From Candidatus Krumholzibacteriia bacterium (GTDB lineage Bacteria; Krumholzibacteriota; Krumholzibacteriia; LZORAL124-64-63), in assembly GCA_050174015.1 (NCBI GenBank), contig JBFXKG010000008.1:32001-96000 (forward strand): 64,000 nt of DNA, read 5' to 3'. Below the pieces are notes generated by a model. It was not told where the DNA came from. It searched no databases and worked only from the letters and a program-made list of their open reading frames with translations. The position numbers were made by a program, and so were the translations under genes. Shown piece by piece: positions 28,986 to 38,525 of this stretch. Numbering within the stretch: the stretch's first letter is position 1; each line of letters opens with the position of its first letter.

Positions 28986-29702
28986 ATGTCCAAGATTTTC
29001 GATGCTTACAAGAAGAGGCTAGGTGATGCTCCGGACCTGCCCCAGGAACTGGGAAGGACCGGGGCCATCTCCCTCTTCCCCATCCCTGCCGATCCCCAGC
29101 GCGAGGAATTCAATCGGCTGGCATCCAGGCTCCTGGGCATGCGTCTGGAAAGCCGGGGGTCGGTCATCAGCTTCGCATCGAGTTCCCGGGGCGAGGGTTC
29201 GAGCTACGTTTCCTACCAGGCGGCCTTCTTCCTGGCGAATGCCTACAAGATGAGGGTGGCCTGGATCGACGGGAATTTCCTGAGCCCGCAGAAGCAGCTC
29301 AGGAATTCTGATTCGCTCACCCTGGCCGACCTTCTTCATGATCCGGAGCGGTTCGAGGACATGATCACGCCGGATGCCTTGACCCTCGTGCCGGGCGGGG
29401 AAAACCTGGTGGGTGCGAAGGGACTGTTCGCCGATCCCCGCTACACGGAGATCCTTGTTGCCTTCTCCCGCCGTTTTGACTTTACGATCATCGATCTACC
29501 GCCCATCCTCAACTCCACCGACACCGCGCTCATGGCGAGCGAGACCGATGGACTTCTGCTTGTCATCGAACAGAAGTTCCTGAAGTGGGAAATCATCGAA
29601 CACGGCCTCGATGGATTGCGGAATAAGGGCGTGCGGGTCCTGGGGTCGGTGATCAACAGGAGATCCTTTGAGCTGCCAAAGTTCATCTATGACCGGGTGT
29701 AA
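28986..29702 (+). CDS. CpsD/CapB-type BY-kinase-like protein with degenerate Walker A
   Basis: SSSRGEGSS (Walker A), WIDGN, IIDLPP, DGLLLVIE, LGSVIN. Confidence 0.82.
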   Translation: MSKIFDAYKKRLGDAPDLPQELGRTGAISLFPIPADPQREEFNRLASRLLGMRLESRGSVISFASSSRGEGSSYVSYQAAFFLANAYKMRVAWIDGNFLSPQKQLRNSDSLTLADLLHDPERFEDMITPDALTLVPGGENLVGAKGLFADPRYTEILVAFSRRFDFTIIDLPPILNSTDTALMASETDGLLLVIEQKFLKWEIIEHGLDGLRNKGVRVLGSVINRRSFELPKFIYDRV

Positions 29703-29709
29703 GTCCCGA

Positions 29710-30477
29710 ATGGCGGAGGGGAAGGGTCGCCTTGTCCCCGCAAGGGCCTTGGCCGTGGTTTGGCTGCTGCTGGCCAGCGGAGGATGCGGCGGGCCTGGTT
29801 TTGTCGCTCGGGAGGCCTTCGTCTCCTGGGACGAGAATCAGCTGCTGGAGATCGCCAACACCAAGGCCAGCGAGTACAGGATCCAGGAAGGTGACATTCT
29901 GAAGATCGCCTTCGCCTTCGAATCGAGGCTCAACCAGGAGGGCGTCGTCGTTCTCGCCGACGGTTCGGTCACACTGGTGGGCATCGACCGTCAGGTCCTA
30001 GCCGGCCTGACGGTCACCGAGGCGGACAGCATCATCACCAGGGCCTACTCCAGGGATTATCGAGACCCCGACCTTAGCATCATCGTTCAGGAAACCAAGG
30101 GACGGGCCGTCTATGTCATGGGCAGGGTAAGCGATCCGGGGTTGCACAAGGTGCCGCGGGGAGGATTCTCCATCCTGAGCGCCATCGGGGCCGCGGGCGG
30201 GTTCGCCGAGGGCGCGGTCCGGGATGGGGTGATCCTGCTTCGAGTCAGCGAGGTCGGCTACTCGGTCCAGGAATTCAACCTGGAGGACCTGTCGGATCCG
30301 ATGACGAGCGAATTGGCGACCCTGGACTTGCGTCCCTACGACGTGATCTACGTGCCTACCTCGAAGATCAGCGATTTCGCCTATTTCAGCCGCTCGGTCC
30401 TGGCGGGGATCATGAGCTTGACGCGCATCGCCTCCGATATGCGCTACCTGTCCGACGGCGGACTGGGGAGGTACTAG
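29710..30477 (+). CDS. Polysaccharide export protein (Wza/OPX-like)
   Basis: Lipobox-like SGGC; YRIQEGDIL..VLADGSVTL..AGLTV; SLBB-like VYVMGRV..PG; LRPYDVIYVP. Confidence 0.85.
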   Translation: MAEGKGRLVPARALAVVWLLLASGGCGGPGFVAREAFVSWDENQLLEIANTKASEYRIQEGDILKIAFAFESRLNQEGVVVLADGSVTLVGIDRQVLAGLTVTEADSIITRAYSRDYRDPDLSIIVQETKGRAVYVMGRVSDPGLHKVPRGGFSILSAIGAAGGFAEGAVRDGVILLRVSEVGYSVQEFNLEDLSDPMTSELATLDLRPYDVIYVPTSKISDFAYFSRSVLAGIMSLTRIASDMRYLSDGGLGRY

Positions 30478-30479
30478 GC

Positions 30480-31901
30480 ATGCTGGAACTGGTTCCCGAA
30501 GGCCGCCACGCCAAGAATTTCCACACCAAGGGCATATCCCTGCGGGACATTCTGTTCGTCGTGTTCAGGAGACGGTGGATCATCCTCGGGATCGCCCTGC
30601 CGATCATCCTGGTCGGCGGGATCAGCCTGTTCAGGCAGACGGGCTCCTTCACCTCGGCCTCCCGCATCCTGGTCCAGCTCCTCAAGGCCGACCAGCCCCA
30701 ATGGAACTCGACCGGACGGAATCTGGACTATGACCGCGAGTTGAGTACCCTGTACAACATTGCCATGAGCGTGCCTGTGGGGGACATGGCGGCGAATGTG
30801 CTCGAGGACAGCATCCCCCTCATCCGCTCGCTGATTCCCAAGCTTGAACAGGGGGGGTTCGACTCGCTGGCCGACCTGCGCGAGTTCCTGGTCACCGGGC
30901 TGGATGTCTCGGTGGTGGGCGAATCGAACATCCTGGAATTCCGGTTCTCTTCGGCCCATCCCCGGGTCAGTCTCATGGCTGTGGGCGCCCTGCGTGACGC
31001 CTTCGTCGAATACCAGGTCTACGGCCTCAAGAATACCCGCGCCGTGGCTTATTACGACGAACAGATCCAGACCGTCCGCTCCCAGATCGATTCCCTGCTG
31101 GAGTACCGGGGTTCGATCCTGCTCGATTCCGGGTACGGGGATTTCCAGGAGGACCTGCGCTACAACACCGGGCAGTTGTCGGACCTGGAAAACCAGTTGC
31201 TGAAGGCCACCACCAACCGCCAGGCCATCGAGAAAGACCATTCGACCCTGATCTCCTACCTGCAGCGGGATCCCCGGGAATTCCCCATGGGCCAGGACGA
31301 AAGCAGCAGCGAGACCCTGATCTACTGGCGAAACATGGTGAGCAAATACGAAGACCAGCTCAACAGCGCCCTGACGATCCACACCGAGGAGAGTATCCCG
31401 GTCCGGCGCCAGAAGCAGCTCCTGGAGGATTCGCTGGAGAGGCTCCGGCTCGAGGAAAAGGCCTACATCGAGAGTGTCGCCGTTCTCCTGGCTTCCGCCC
31501 GGAATCGCGAGGAAACCCTCCGGGATCAAGTCGCGATCCTTCAGGAAAAGAATCGCAAGGTTCCGGATCTTTACCAGAGGATCAGCCTGATCGATGTGGA
31601 AATCACCTCGCTGCGCGGCCTGCTCGATGATATGCGGGGCAAATGGGGAGAGGTCAGGTTGAACCAGTACGCCGACGAACGGGTCAGCCCGGTCGTGAAG
31701 TTGACCGATCCGGAACTTGTGATGGTACTTTCGGGCGGCAAGACGATGGTCTATTTCATCATGATCTTCTTCCTGGCCCTGGCGCTTGGCCTGGTGGCCG
31801 CCTTCGTGCTGGACAACCTCGATCATCGGATCTATGCGCCGCTCGACGTGGAGGAGAAGCTGCAACTGCCCGTATTCGCGAGTGTCAGCAGGACCGACTG
31901 A
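30480..31901 (+). CDS. Polysaccharide co-polymerase / chain-length determinant (Wzc-N/GumC-like)
   Basis: LRDILFVVFRRRW plus TM, long coiled coil, second TM, LDHRIY..DVEEKLQLPVFASV. Confidence 0.85.
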   Translation: MLELVPEGRHAKNFHTKGISLRDILFVVFRRRWIILGIALPIILVGGISLFRQTGSFTSASRILVQLLKADQPQWNSTGRNLDYDRELSTLYNIAMSVPVGDMAANVLEDSIPLIRSLIPKLEQGGFDSLADLREFLVTGLDVSVVGESNILEFRFSSAHPRVSLMAVGALRDAFVEYQVYGLKNTRAVAYYDEQIQTVRSQIDSLLEYRGSILLDSGYGDFQEDLRYNTGQLSDLENQLLKATTNRQAIEKDHSTLISYLQRDPREFPMGQDESSSETLIYWRNMVSKYEDQLNSALTIHTEESIPVRRQKQLLEDSLERLRLEEKAYIESVAVLLASARNREETLRDQVAILQEKNRKVPDLYQRISLIDVEITSLRGLLDDMRGKWGEVRLNQYADERVSPVVKLTDPELVMVLSGGKTMVYFIMIFFLALALGLVAAFVLDNLDHRIYAPLDVEEKLQLPVFASVSRTD

Positions 31902-31902
31902 C

Positions 31903-33378
31903 ATGGCAGGCGGCAATCGGAATTACCTGACGGGAGCCCGCATGGGGGACCCCCGTGCCGTTTCCCGCTTTTTTTCCTTCGGCGGTTTCCTGGTCGTTGC
32001 GTCCTTGTCCCTGGGCGTCAGCCACTTCCTCGTCACCCGGATCGGGCTGGAGATGTTCACCGTCGCCCTGGCCATGGTCTTCTTCGGCACCCTCTATGCG
32101 GTGGTCTCGTTCCGGAACTTGATGGTGCCTCTCATGGTCTGGATCCTGACCATCGGGGGATTCCGGTTCCTCTGGTCCATCCGGACCTCCCTGCTGCCCG
32201 ATCTGTTCCTCGACCGGATAATGCTGGTTTGGGTTCTGGGTGTCTTCATGATCAAGTTCATGGCCGAGAAAAAGAAATTCCGGGGACCCTTTACCCTGGA
32301 CCTGGTCATGTTGACCTTTGCGTCCTACCTGCTGGTCAGGGTCTACCTGGGTGATATGGAGTTCCTCAACCCCTGGGTCCAGAGCGTCCTGATTCCTTAT
32401 TCGGCCTACTTCTTCGCCAAGAACATCATCCAGACCAGGCGGCAGATCCATACGTTCTTGCTCATCCTCCTGATTCTCACGGTGTATTACAGCATCACCG
32501 CAGTGGCCGAGAAGTTCACCATCACCTGGTTGATCTGGCCCAAGACCATCCTGACGGAGAAGCGGGGATTCATCGGTCGGTCCGGCGGTCCCTTCCAGCA
32601 GGCCGCCCTATTCGGGACCATCCTGGGCATCCTCATCCCGTTGCATCTCTACTTCCTGGCGAAGGTCCGCAACTCGTTCGCCAAGATCCTCCTGTTCCTC
32701 AGCCTCGGGCTGGGAATCGCCGGTCTCTACTTCACCTACACCCGGGGATCCTGGCTGGCGGGCGTGGTGGCTCTTTTGGCCGTCGGCGCCTGCAATCCCC
32801 GCCAGTACCTCCGTTACCTGGTGCCGGTCCTCTTCATAGCACCCATCGCCGCGATCGGCTTCCTGGGCGCGAGCCAGGACAAGTTCCTCAAGGAACGGGT
32901 CGAAAACGAAGACACCCTGGGCTCCCGCGTGGGCACGGCTGCGACGGCCCTGCGGATCTTCCGGGACAATCCGGTCCTGGGGGTCGGGTACTTCCAGTTC
33001 CGCGAGGCCCGCGAGGACTACATCCAACCTGTCGAGGTCCCGGGTCTAGGGACCATCCGGTTCGTCCAGTTCCGGCACAACCACATCCACGACATCTATC
33101 TCGGTCCCCTGGCGGAGAACGGACTGGTCGGCGCCTTCCTCCAGGGGTGGATTTACTACTTGATCCTGCGGATCTTTCTCTCCAAATTCAGGTGGAGGAC
33201 CAGGGGGGATCCCGTCGCGATCTATGTTTTTCCGGTTTTCGCCGGCATCTTCGTGGGGTACCTCGTCGGTGGCCTTGCTTTTGACTACCGGTTCTTCTCC
33301 TTCATGGATACCCTCTTCTATGCGAGCGCGGGGATCCTCAACGGATACCAGGGCCAGGAGCAGCTCGATGTATCTTGA
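31903..33378 (+). CDS. O-antigen ligase/Wzy_C-type polymerase
   Basis: Multi-TM; R.GGPF, TYTRGSWL, NPVLGVG, HDIYL..LAENGLVG. Confidence 0.82.
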   Translation: MAGGNRNYLTGARMGDPRAVSRFFSFGGFLVVASLSLGVSHFLVTRIGLEMFTVALAMVFFGTLYAVVSFRNLMVPLMVWILTIGGFRFLWSIRTSLLPDLFLDRIMLVWVLGVFMIKFMAEKKKFRGPFTLDLVMLTFASYLLVRVYLGDMEFLNPWVQSVLIPYSAYFFAKNIIQTRRQIHTFLLILLILTVYYSITAVAEKFTITWLIWPKTILTEKRGFIGRSGGPFQQAALFGTILGILIPLHLYFLAKVRNSFAKILLFLSLGLGIAGLYFTYTRGSWLAGVVALLAVGACNPRQYLRYLVPVLFIAPIAAIGFLGASQDKFLKERVENEDTLGSRVGTAATALRIFRDNPVLGVGYFQFREAREDYIQPVEVPGLGTIRFVQFRHNHIHDIYLGPLAENGLVGAFLQGWIYYLILRIFLSKFRWRTRGDPVAIYVFPVFAGIFVGYLVGGLAFDYRFFSFMDTLFYASAGILNGYQGQEQLDVS

Positions 33379-34963
33379 GCATTTCGGACTGGGGACCAAC
33401 CCCTTCGGACTCTCGCCCAAGCTGGATTTCCTGTTCCGGTCACGACCATTCGAGGAAAGCATCGCCCATCTGCTCTACGGGCTCGACAACAGCGAAGCCA
33501 TCGTGATGATCACCGGCGCCATCGGGACCGGGAAGACGATGGCCATCCAGTCCTTCCTGTCCCACCTCGGACCCAGGTTCGAATTCGCCCTGGTGACCAA
33601 CACCAACGTGGACGGCAAGGAACTCCTGAAGCTGATCCTCGAGGATTTCGGGCTCGAATTGGAACGGGGCCTGGACAAGTCCGACCTGCTGATCCTCTTC
33701 AAGGATTTCCTCCTGGAGGCGAACCGCGGGGGAAAGAGGGTCCTGGTCGTGGTCGACGAGGCCCAGAACCTGTCCCGGGAGGCTCTCGAGGAAGTCCGAC
33801 TGTTGACCAACCTGGGCCAGGGGGAAAGCCAGCCGGTCCAGGTCATCCTGCTGGGGCAACCCGAGCTGGTGGACAAGGTCAACAGGGACGACCTGGCCCA
33901 GCTCCGACAACGCATCCGGGTCCATTACCACCTCGAGTATCTCAACCGGGATGAGGTCAAGGGTTACATCGAGCACCGCATGAAGGTCGCCGGCTGCGAC
34001 GAGGAGGTGTTCACGGGAAAGGCCCTCGACCGGATCCTCGAACTGAGTCAGGGCGTGCCCCGGGTGATCAACACGCTGGCGGGCGAAGCCCTTTTATCGG
34101 CGTTCGTCGCCGGTCGCAAGCAGGTCCGCGCTGAGGATGTGGGGGCTGGACCGGGTGATATGCCAGGGCAACCGACCCAGCCGGCCATTCCCAAGATCCA
34201 GATTCCCCGGGCCGCCCAGACGGCCGGCAGCGGCGCAGAAACGCCTGCAGCGGCAGCGATGGTTCGGGATCCGTCTCAGGTCGAGGATCAGGGCACGCTG
34301 AAACCAAAATCCCCTCCTGAATCCCACGCCGCCCGGCGCCACCGGAGCGGCTTGCCCCGGGTGCTTGGCGGGGTCATTGGGAGCCTCCTTCTGATCTGCC
34401 TCCTGGGCTACCTGTACTCCGCGGGCCATCTGACCCGGGCCTACGATTGGATACGGGATCAGGTGGTCTCGGCCAACCCCCCGTCCGGGCAGTCTCTCGG
34501 CAGCCAGGCTCTGGCTTCCCCGGACCTCGCCGCCCTGCCGCTGGTGGGGCATGCCGGCGCCCTGGAAGCCCCGGCGGAGGCGCCGGCCGCAGTTATTGAT
34601 TCAACGGACGCCCCCCCGGTGACTCCGCAGTCCCCTCTCGAAGATCCTGCAGCGCTCATCGTCCCTGTGGCCGAGGGTCCGGGAGAACACGGCCCGCAGG
34701 TCACCGCCAGCGACGCATTCTACATCCACGTGAGCTCCTTCCAGGAGCAGGAGCGGGTTGAAATCGAGTTCGACCGGCTGGCGAAGTTGGGGTACGAAGC
34801 TCGCTCCCACGCTGAGCCTCGGTTGGGCATCATTTGGCTCCGAGTCTTCATCGGCCCCTTCCCTTCCAGGGAAGCGGCGCTCGATCAGGCCCGGGACCTG
34901 ATGGCCGCCGGCGCCATTTCCTACTACGAGATCAGGGAATTCGAGTCCGGGTTCCCGGATTGA
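33368..34963 (+). CDS. ExeA-like AAA+ ATPase with TM segment and C-terminal SPOR domain
   Basis: MYLEHFGL..NPF, GAIGTGKT, VVDEAQNL, LLGQPEL, LRQRI, GVPRVIN; C-terminal YIHVSSF...RVFIGPFPSREAA. Confidence 0.88.
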   Translation: MYLEHFGLGTNPFGLSPKLDFLFRSRPFEESIAHLLYGLDNSEAIVMITGAIGTGKTMAIQSFLSHLGPRFEFALVTNTNVDGKELLKLILEDFGLELERGLDKSDLLILFKDFLLEANRGGKRVLVVVDEAQNLSREALEEVRLLTNLGQGESQPVQVILLGQPELVDKVNRDDLAQLRQRIRVHYHLEYLNRDEVKGYIEHRMKVAGCDEEVFTGKALDRILELSQGVPRVINTLAGEALLSAFVAGRKQVRAEDVGAGPGDMPGQPTQPAIPKIQIPRAAQTAGSGAETPAAAAMVRDPSQVEDQGTLKPKSPPESHAARRHRSGLPRVLGGVIGSLLLICLLGYLYSAGHLTRAYDWIRDQVVSANPPSGQSLGSQALASPDLAALPLVGHAGALEAPAEAPAAVIDSTDAPPVTPQSPLEDPAALIVPVAEGPGEHGPQVTASDAFYIHVSSFQEQERVEIEFDRLAKLGYEARSHAEPRLGIIWLRVFIGPFPSREAALDQARDLMAAGAISYYEIREFESGFPD

Positions 34964-34998
34964 CCCCTGCTGGGCCCACCTGCACAGTGAGGGATCCG

Positions 34999-36195
34999 AT
35001 GCGCATCGCCCAGCTGGTCGAAACCCTCGATGCCGGCGGAGCCGAGCGGCTGGCGATCTCGGTGGCCGGGGCTTTGGCGGCGCGCGGGCACGACTCCCAC
35101 CTCCTGACCCTGCATTCCGGCGGGGTGTTCAAGGATCGGGTTTCCCGCGACGTGAGGCTGATGCAGCTGGGATTCGCGCCGGGGACGGCCTCCCTGGGGT
35201 TGGGTGCGCTTTTTCCCCTGGTCGGGGCCCTCGACCGGTGCCGGGGGTACCTGCTGGGTCACCGAATCGAGGTCCTGCAGACTCACCTTCCCCTGGCCAA
35301 CTTCCTGGGTCTGGCCCTTCGCCTCCAGGTGGGGCTCGCCCACTTTCCCACCGTCCACAACAACCAGGAATTCGCCTACGGGAATCAGGATTCCGCAGTG
35401 AGGATGAGCCTGCGCCGCTGGGCCTACCGTCGCATGGCGGTCCAATCCAGCGGATTCGTCGCTGTTTCTCCAGCCGTGAAGGATCACCTCTGCCTTGAGC
35501 TTGGACTTGCCGGGGTCAGGGCGGAGGCAGTCGCGGTGGTCCGGAACGGGGTGGTGCTCCCGGAGCCGGTGGAACCCGAGGAACGCGAGCGGCTCCGTGA
35601 GGGGTTCGGAATTCCCCGGGATGCGATTCTCGTCGCAGCCGTGGGACGGCTGGCCCCCCAGAAGAATTTCCCGACCCTCTTGACGGCCCAGGCGCGGCTC
35701 CGTGCTGCGCAGGTGGACGCCCGCTGCATCATCGCCGGTGAGGGGGAATTGAGGGATGATCTGGAGGCCCAGGCTGACAGGCTGGGGCTCGCCGGTGTCG
35801 CCAGTCTGGCTGGAAATCTCGGCCGGGTGGATGACCTGCTGAGGGCAGCGGACATCTTCTGCATGCCCTCCCTGTGGGAAGGGCTGCCGATGGCCCTGCT
35901 CGAGGCGATGAGTCACGGCCTGCCGATCGCAGCCGCCGATATCGACGGCGTCCGCGAGGTCCTCGGATCGGATCGCGCGGGACTGATGCACGTCCCCGGC
36001 GACGCCGAAGGACTGGCCCGGGATCTGGGCCGGCTGGCTCGGGATGGGGACCTGCGTCGGCGGCTGGGTGCCGAGGCCCGGGTGATCGTGGCCAGGGATT
36101 TCGATTTCGGCAGAACCGTCGACGACCTCGAGCGCCTGTTCGTTGCGGCGTCGAATCCAGGAAGAAGGAGCCCCAATGTGCCCATCGGGCCTTGA
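34999..36195 (+). CDS. Glycosyltransferase family 4
   Basis: GGAERL, VGRL.PQKN, EGLPMALLEAM. Confidence 0.92.
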   Translation: MRIAQLVETLDAGGAERLAISVAGALAARGHDSHLLTLHSGGVFKDRVSRDVRLMQLGFAPGTASLGLGALFPLVGALDRCRGYLLGHRIEVLQTHLPLANFLGLALRLQVGLAHFPTVHNNQEFAYGNQDSAVRMSLRRWAYRRMAVQSSGFVAVSPAVKDHLCLELGLAGVRAEAVAVVRNGVVLPEPVEPEERERLREGFGIPRDAILVAAVGRLAPQKNFPTLLTAQARLRAAQVDARCIIAGEGELRDDLEAQADRLGLAGVASLAGNLGRVDDLLRAADIFCMPSLWEGLPMALLEAMSHGLPIAAADIDGVREVLGSDRAGLMHVPGDAEGLARDLGRLARDGDLRRRLGAEARVIVARDFDFGRTVDDLERLFVAASNPGRRSPNVPIGP

Positions 36196-37345
36196 TCCGC
36201 AAGATAGGGTCGGCAGGATCCACGTCGCCCACGTCATCGGAACGCTTCAGACCGGCGGCGCTGAAATGGCACTGGTCAACTACCTGCGGGCGGCGGACCA
36301 GGTGCAATTCCGCCATACGGTGGTCTGCTTGACGAAGGCGGGTGATAACGCAGACCTGGTGCGGGAATTGGGAGTGGACGTGGTGGTGATCCGGGCCCGG
36401 TTCCGGGCCATGCCATTCGACGTGATTCGCCTTGGCCGCTGGCTTCGCCGGAACCGGGTCGCAATTGTTCACACCCACATGTTCTCGGCTGCCATGCTGG
36501 GCCGCCTGGCGGGGCTGGCGGGAAACGTCCCCCTGCTTGTCACCACAGAGCACGGCAAGGAGCCCTGGAAGCGCCGGCGCCACATCCTGGTTGACCGGTT
36601 CCTTGGCGCTCGCACCTTCCGCCAGATCGCCGTTTCGGAGGACGTCCGCCGTATCCGGATGGAACGGGACGGAGCTCCGGAGGAGCGTTTGGTCCTCATC
36701 CCTAATTCGGTGTCCATTCCGGACCGGGTCCGCGATTCCGGGATCCGATCCAGGATCCGGGCTGAGTTCGGTCTGGACGACGAGGCGGTGGTCCTTGGTT
36801 CGGTTGGGCGCGTTGTGGATGCCAAGGCCTATCCGGTCCTGGTGGAGGCCATGGCCCTGCTCAGGGACAGGTTCCCCGGTTTGTTCTGGCTTCAGGTTGG
36901 AGACGGGCCGGAGCGGGAAGATCTGGTTCGGGCCATCAAGGTGCGTGGCCTGTCCGACCGGATCATCACCGCGGGGAACCGCCGTGATGTGGGGGACATC
37001 CTCCATGCCCTGGACATGTGGGTGATGAGCAGCCGCCGGGAAGGCCTGCCGGTCGCCCTGCTGGAGGCCATGGCAGCCGAGCTGCCGATCGTGGCCACGG
37101 ATATCGGGGGGATTCCCGACGCGGTGACCAACGGTTCGAGCGCCAGGTTGGTGCCCGCGGAGAATCCGGCCGCCCTGGCCGGCGCCATCGCTGAGGTCGT
37201 CGAGGATCCGGAACTCGCCCAACGCTTGGCGGCGAAGGCGCGGGCCGACGTGGAAGCCCGTTACGGCAACCGTTCGGTGGCCCTCAGGATCGAGGCGATC
37301 TACCGGGAAGGGTTGGCTTCCAGGGGGTTGTTCGTCAGGTCTTGA
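36176..37345 (+). CDS. Glycosyltransferase family 4
   Basis: GGAEM, VGRVVDAK, EGLPVALLEAM. Confidence 0.92.
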   Translation: MCPSGLDPQDRVGRIHVAHVIGTLQTGGAEMALVNYLRAADQVQFRHTVVCLTKAGDNADLVRELGVDVVVIRARFRAMPFDVIRLGRWLRRNRVAIVHTHMFSAAMLGRLAGLAGNVPLLVTTEHGKEPWKRRRHILVDRFLGARTFRQIAVSEDVRRIRMERDGAPEERLVLIPNSVSIPDRVRDSGIRSRIRAEFGLDDEAVVLGSVGRVVDAKAYPVLVEAMALLRDRFPGLFWLQVGDGPEREDLVRAIKVRGLSDRIITAGNRRDVGDILHALDMWVMSSRREGLPVALLEAMAAELPIVATDIGGIPDAVTNGSSARLVPAENPAALAGAIAEVVEDPELAQRLAAKARADVEARYGNRSVALRIEAIYREGLASRGLFVRS

Positions 37346-38525
37346 GGGGTGAGAACCCGTTCCGAGCCGCGGTCACGAGCTTCATGAATCGGAAGGGCCA
37401 GGTTTTCCAGGTCGCCCCGCGCTCGATTTCGCATGCCCACAGAAGGAAACGCTCGTCCCCGGTGGGGTAGAGACCCCGCCAGGAGGCGACCTTGTCCAGG
37501 CTGCCGATCCTGCGGACCAGCCGGGGGTCGTCTTCCTGGGCCCACCGCCGAGGGTCCCGGCGCGAGACGCAGATGGTGTCGAATCCCGCGCCGTCGGCTA
37601 CTTCCCAGCTCTCGTCGCAGTAGGAGCCTCCCGGCCAGCAGAAATGCCGGACACTGTCCCCAACCACGACCTCGAGTTCCTCTTTCCCCGCCAGCAGTTC
37701 GTCCCGGAATCGCTCCCGCATTTCCTCGCCCGATTCCAGCCGGCCGGGCGCCTTTCCGTCCCCCCCGACCAGGTCGTCCAGCATCCTGCGCCATCCGGGG
37801 CGGGCGAAGAAGGCTGGCCCTCCTTCGCCCCTGACGCGATCCTGGAAGGGACTTGCAAAGGAAGGGTCGGGAATGAAGCGGCGGATGCCGAGGGATCGGC
37901 CATGCTCAAGGATGGGTGTGCCCCAGGGGACGAACTCGGCCTGGTTTTCCGTGAGGTAGGCGAATTTGCGGTCGGGGCAGGTGTTCCAGGCCAGCCAGGG
38001 GGTTTCGAGGCCGGGGCGGTGGTAATCCACCACTTTGCCGCTGGTCGGATACCAGGTGTGGGTCCGGGAGTGGAAGGCGATGGTCATGACCCCCGAGGCC
38101 TGAAGCGCCCGGAGCTCGGCCCGGTTCAGAAAGCCGTCAAGGAGAAGGTCGTCCAGGGTGCAGCGGCCGGCCCACACGTCCTCCAGGTTGAGACGAACCT
38201 CCTCGCCGGGGTCTACGAAATCGGTGTTCACGTAGATGGTCCCCTGCCAGCCCAGCTTCTTGAGGATGGGGAAGGCAACGACCCAGTTGTCCAGGTAACC
38301 GTCATCGAAGGTCAGGACGACCTCCTTGGCCAGGCCCGCGGTGCCGCTCTCCTGGCGTTCCCGCAGATCGTCCAGGCTGATGGAGACGTAACCGTGCTTC
38401 GCCAGCAGGTCAACCTGCCTCTGGAACAGTCCCATGGGGGTGGTCAACCCTGACCAGAGCCACCCCGGGAGGGGGCGCCCCGTGGTGTGGTACATCAGGA
38501 CGGGGGTGCGGATCGCGCTCTTCAC
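37335..38525 (-). CDS. Polysaccharide deacetylase (CE4/NodB-like)
   Basis: PVLMYH, VLTFDDGY, HSRTH, FCWPGG. Confidence 0.88.
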   Translation of the reverse strand: MKSAIRTPVLMYHTTGRPLPGWLWSGLTTPMGLFQRQVDLLAKHGYVSISLDDLRERQESGTAGLAKEVVLTFDDGYLDNWVVAFPILKKLGWQGTIYVNTDFVDPGEEVRLNLEDVWAGRCTLDDLLLDGFLNRAELRALQASGVMTIAFHSRTHTWYPTSGKVVDYHRPGLETPWLAWNTCPDRKFAYLTENQAEFVPWGTPILEHGRSLGIRRFIPDPSFASPFQDRVRGEGGPAFFARPGWRRMLDDLVGGDGKAPGRLESGEEMRERFRDELLAGKEELEVVVGDSVRHFCWPGGSYCDESWEVADGAGFDTICVSRRDPRRWAQEDDPRLVRRIGSLDKVASWRGLYPTGDERFLLWACEIERGATWKTWPFRFMKLVTAARNGFSPLKT

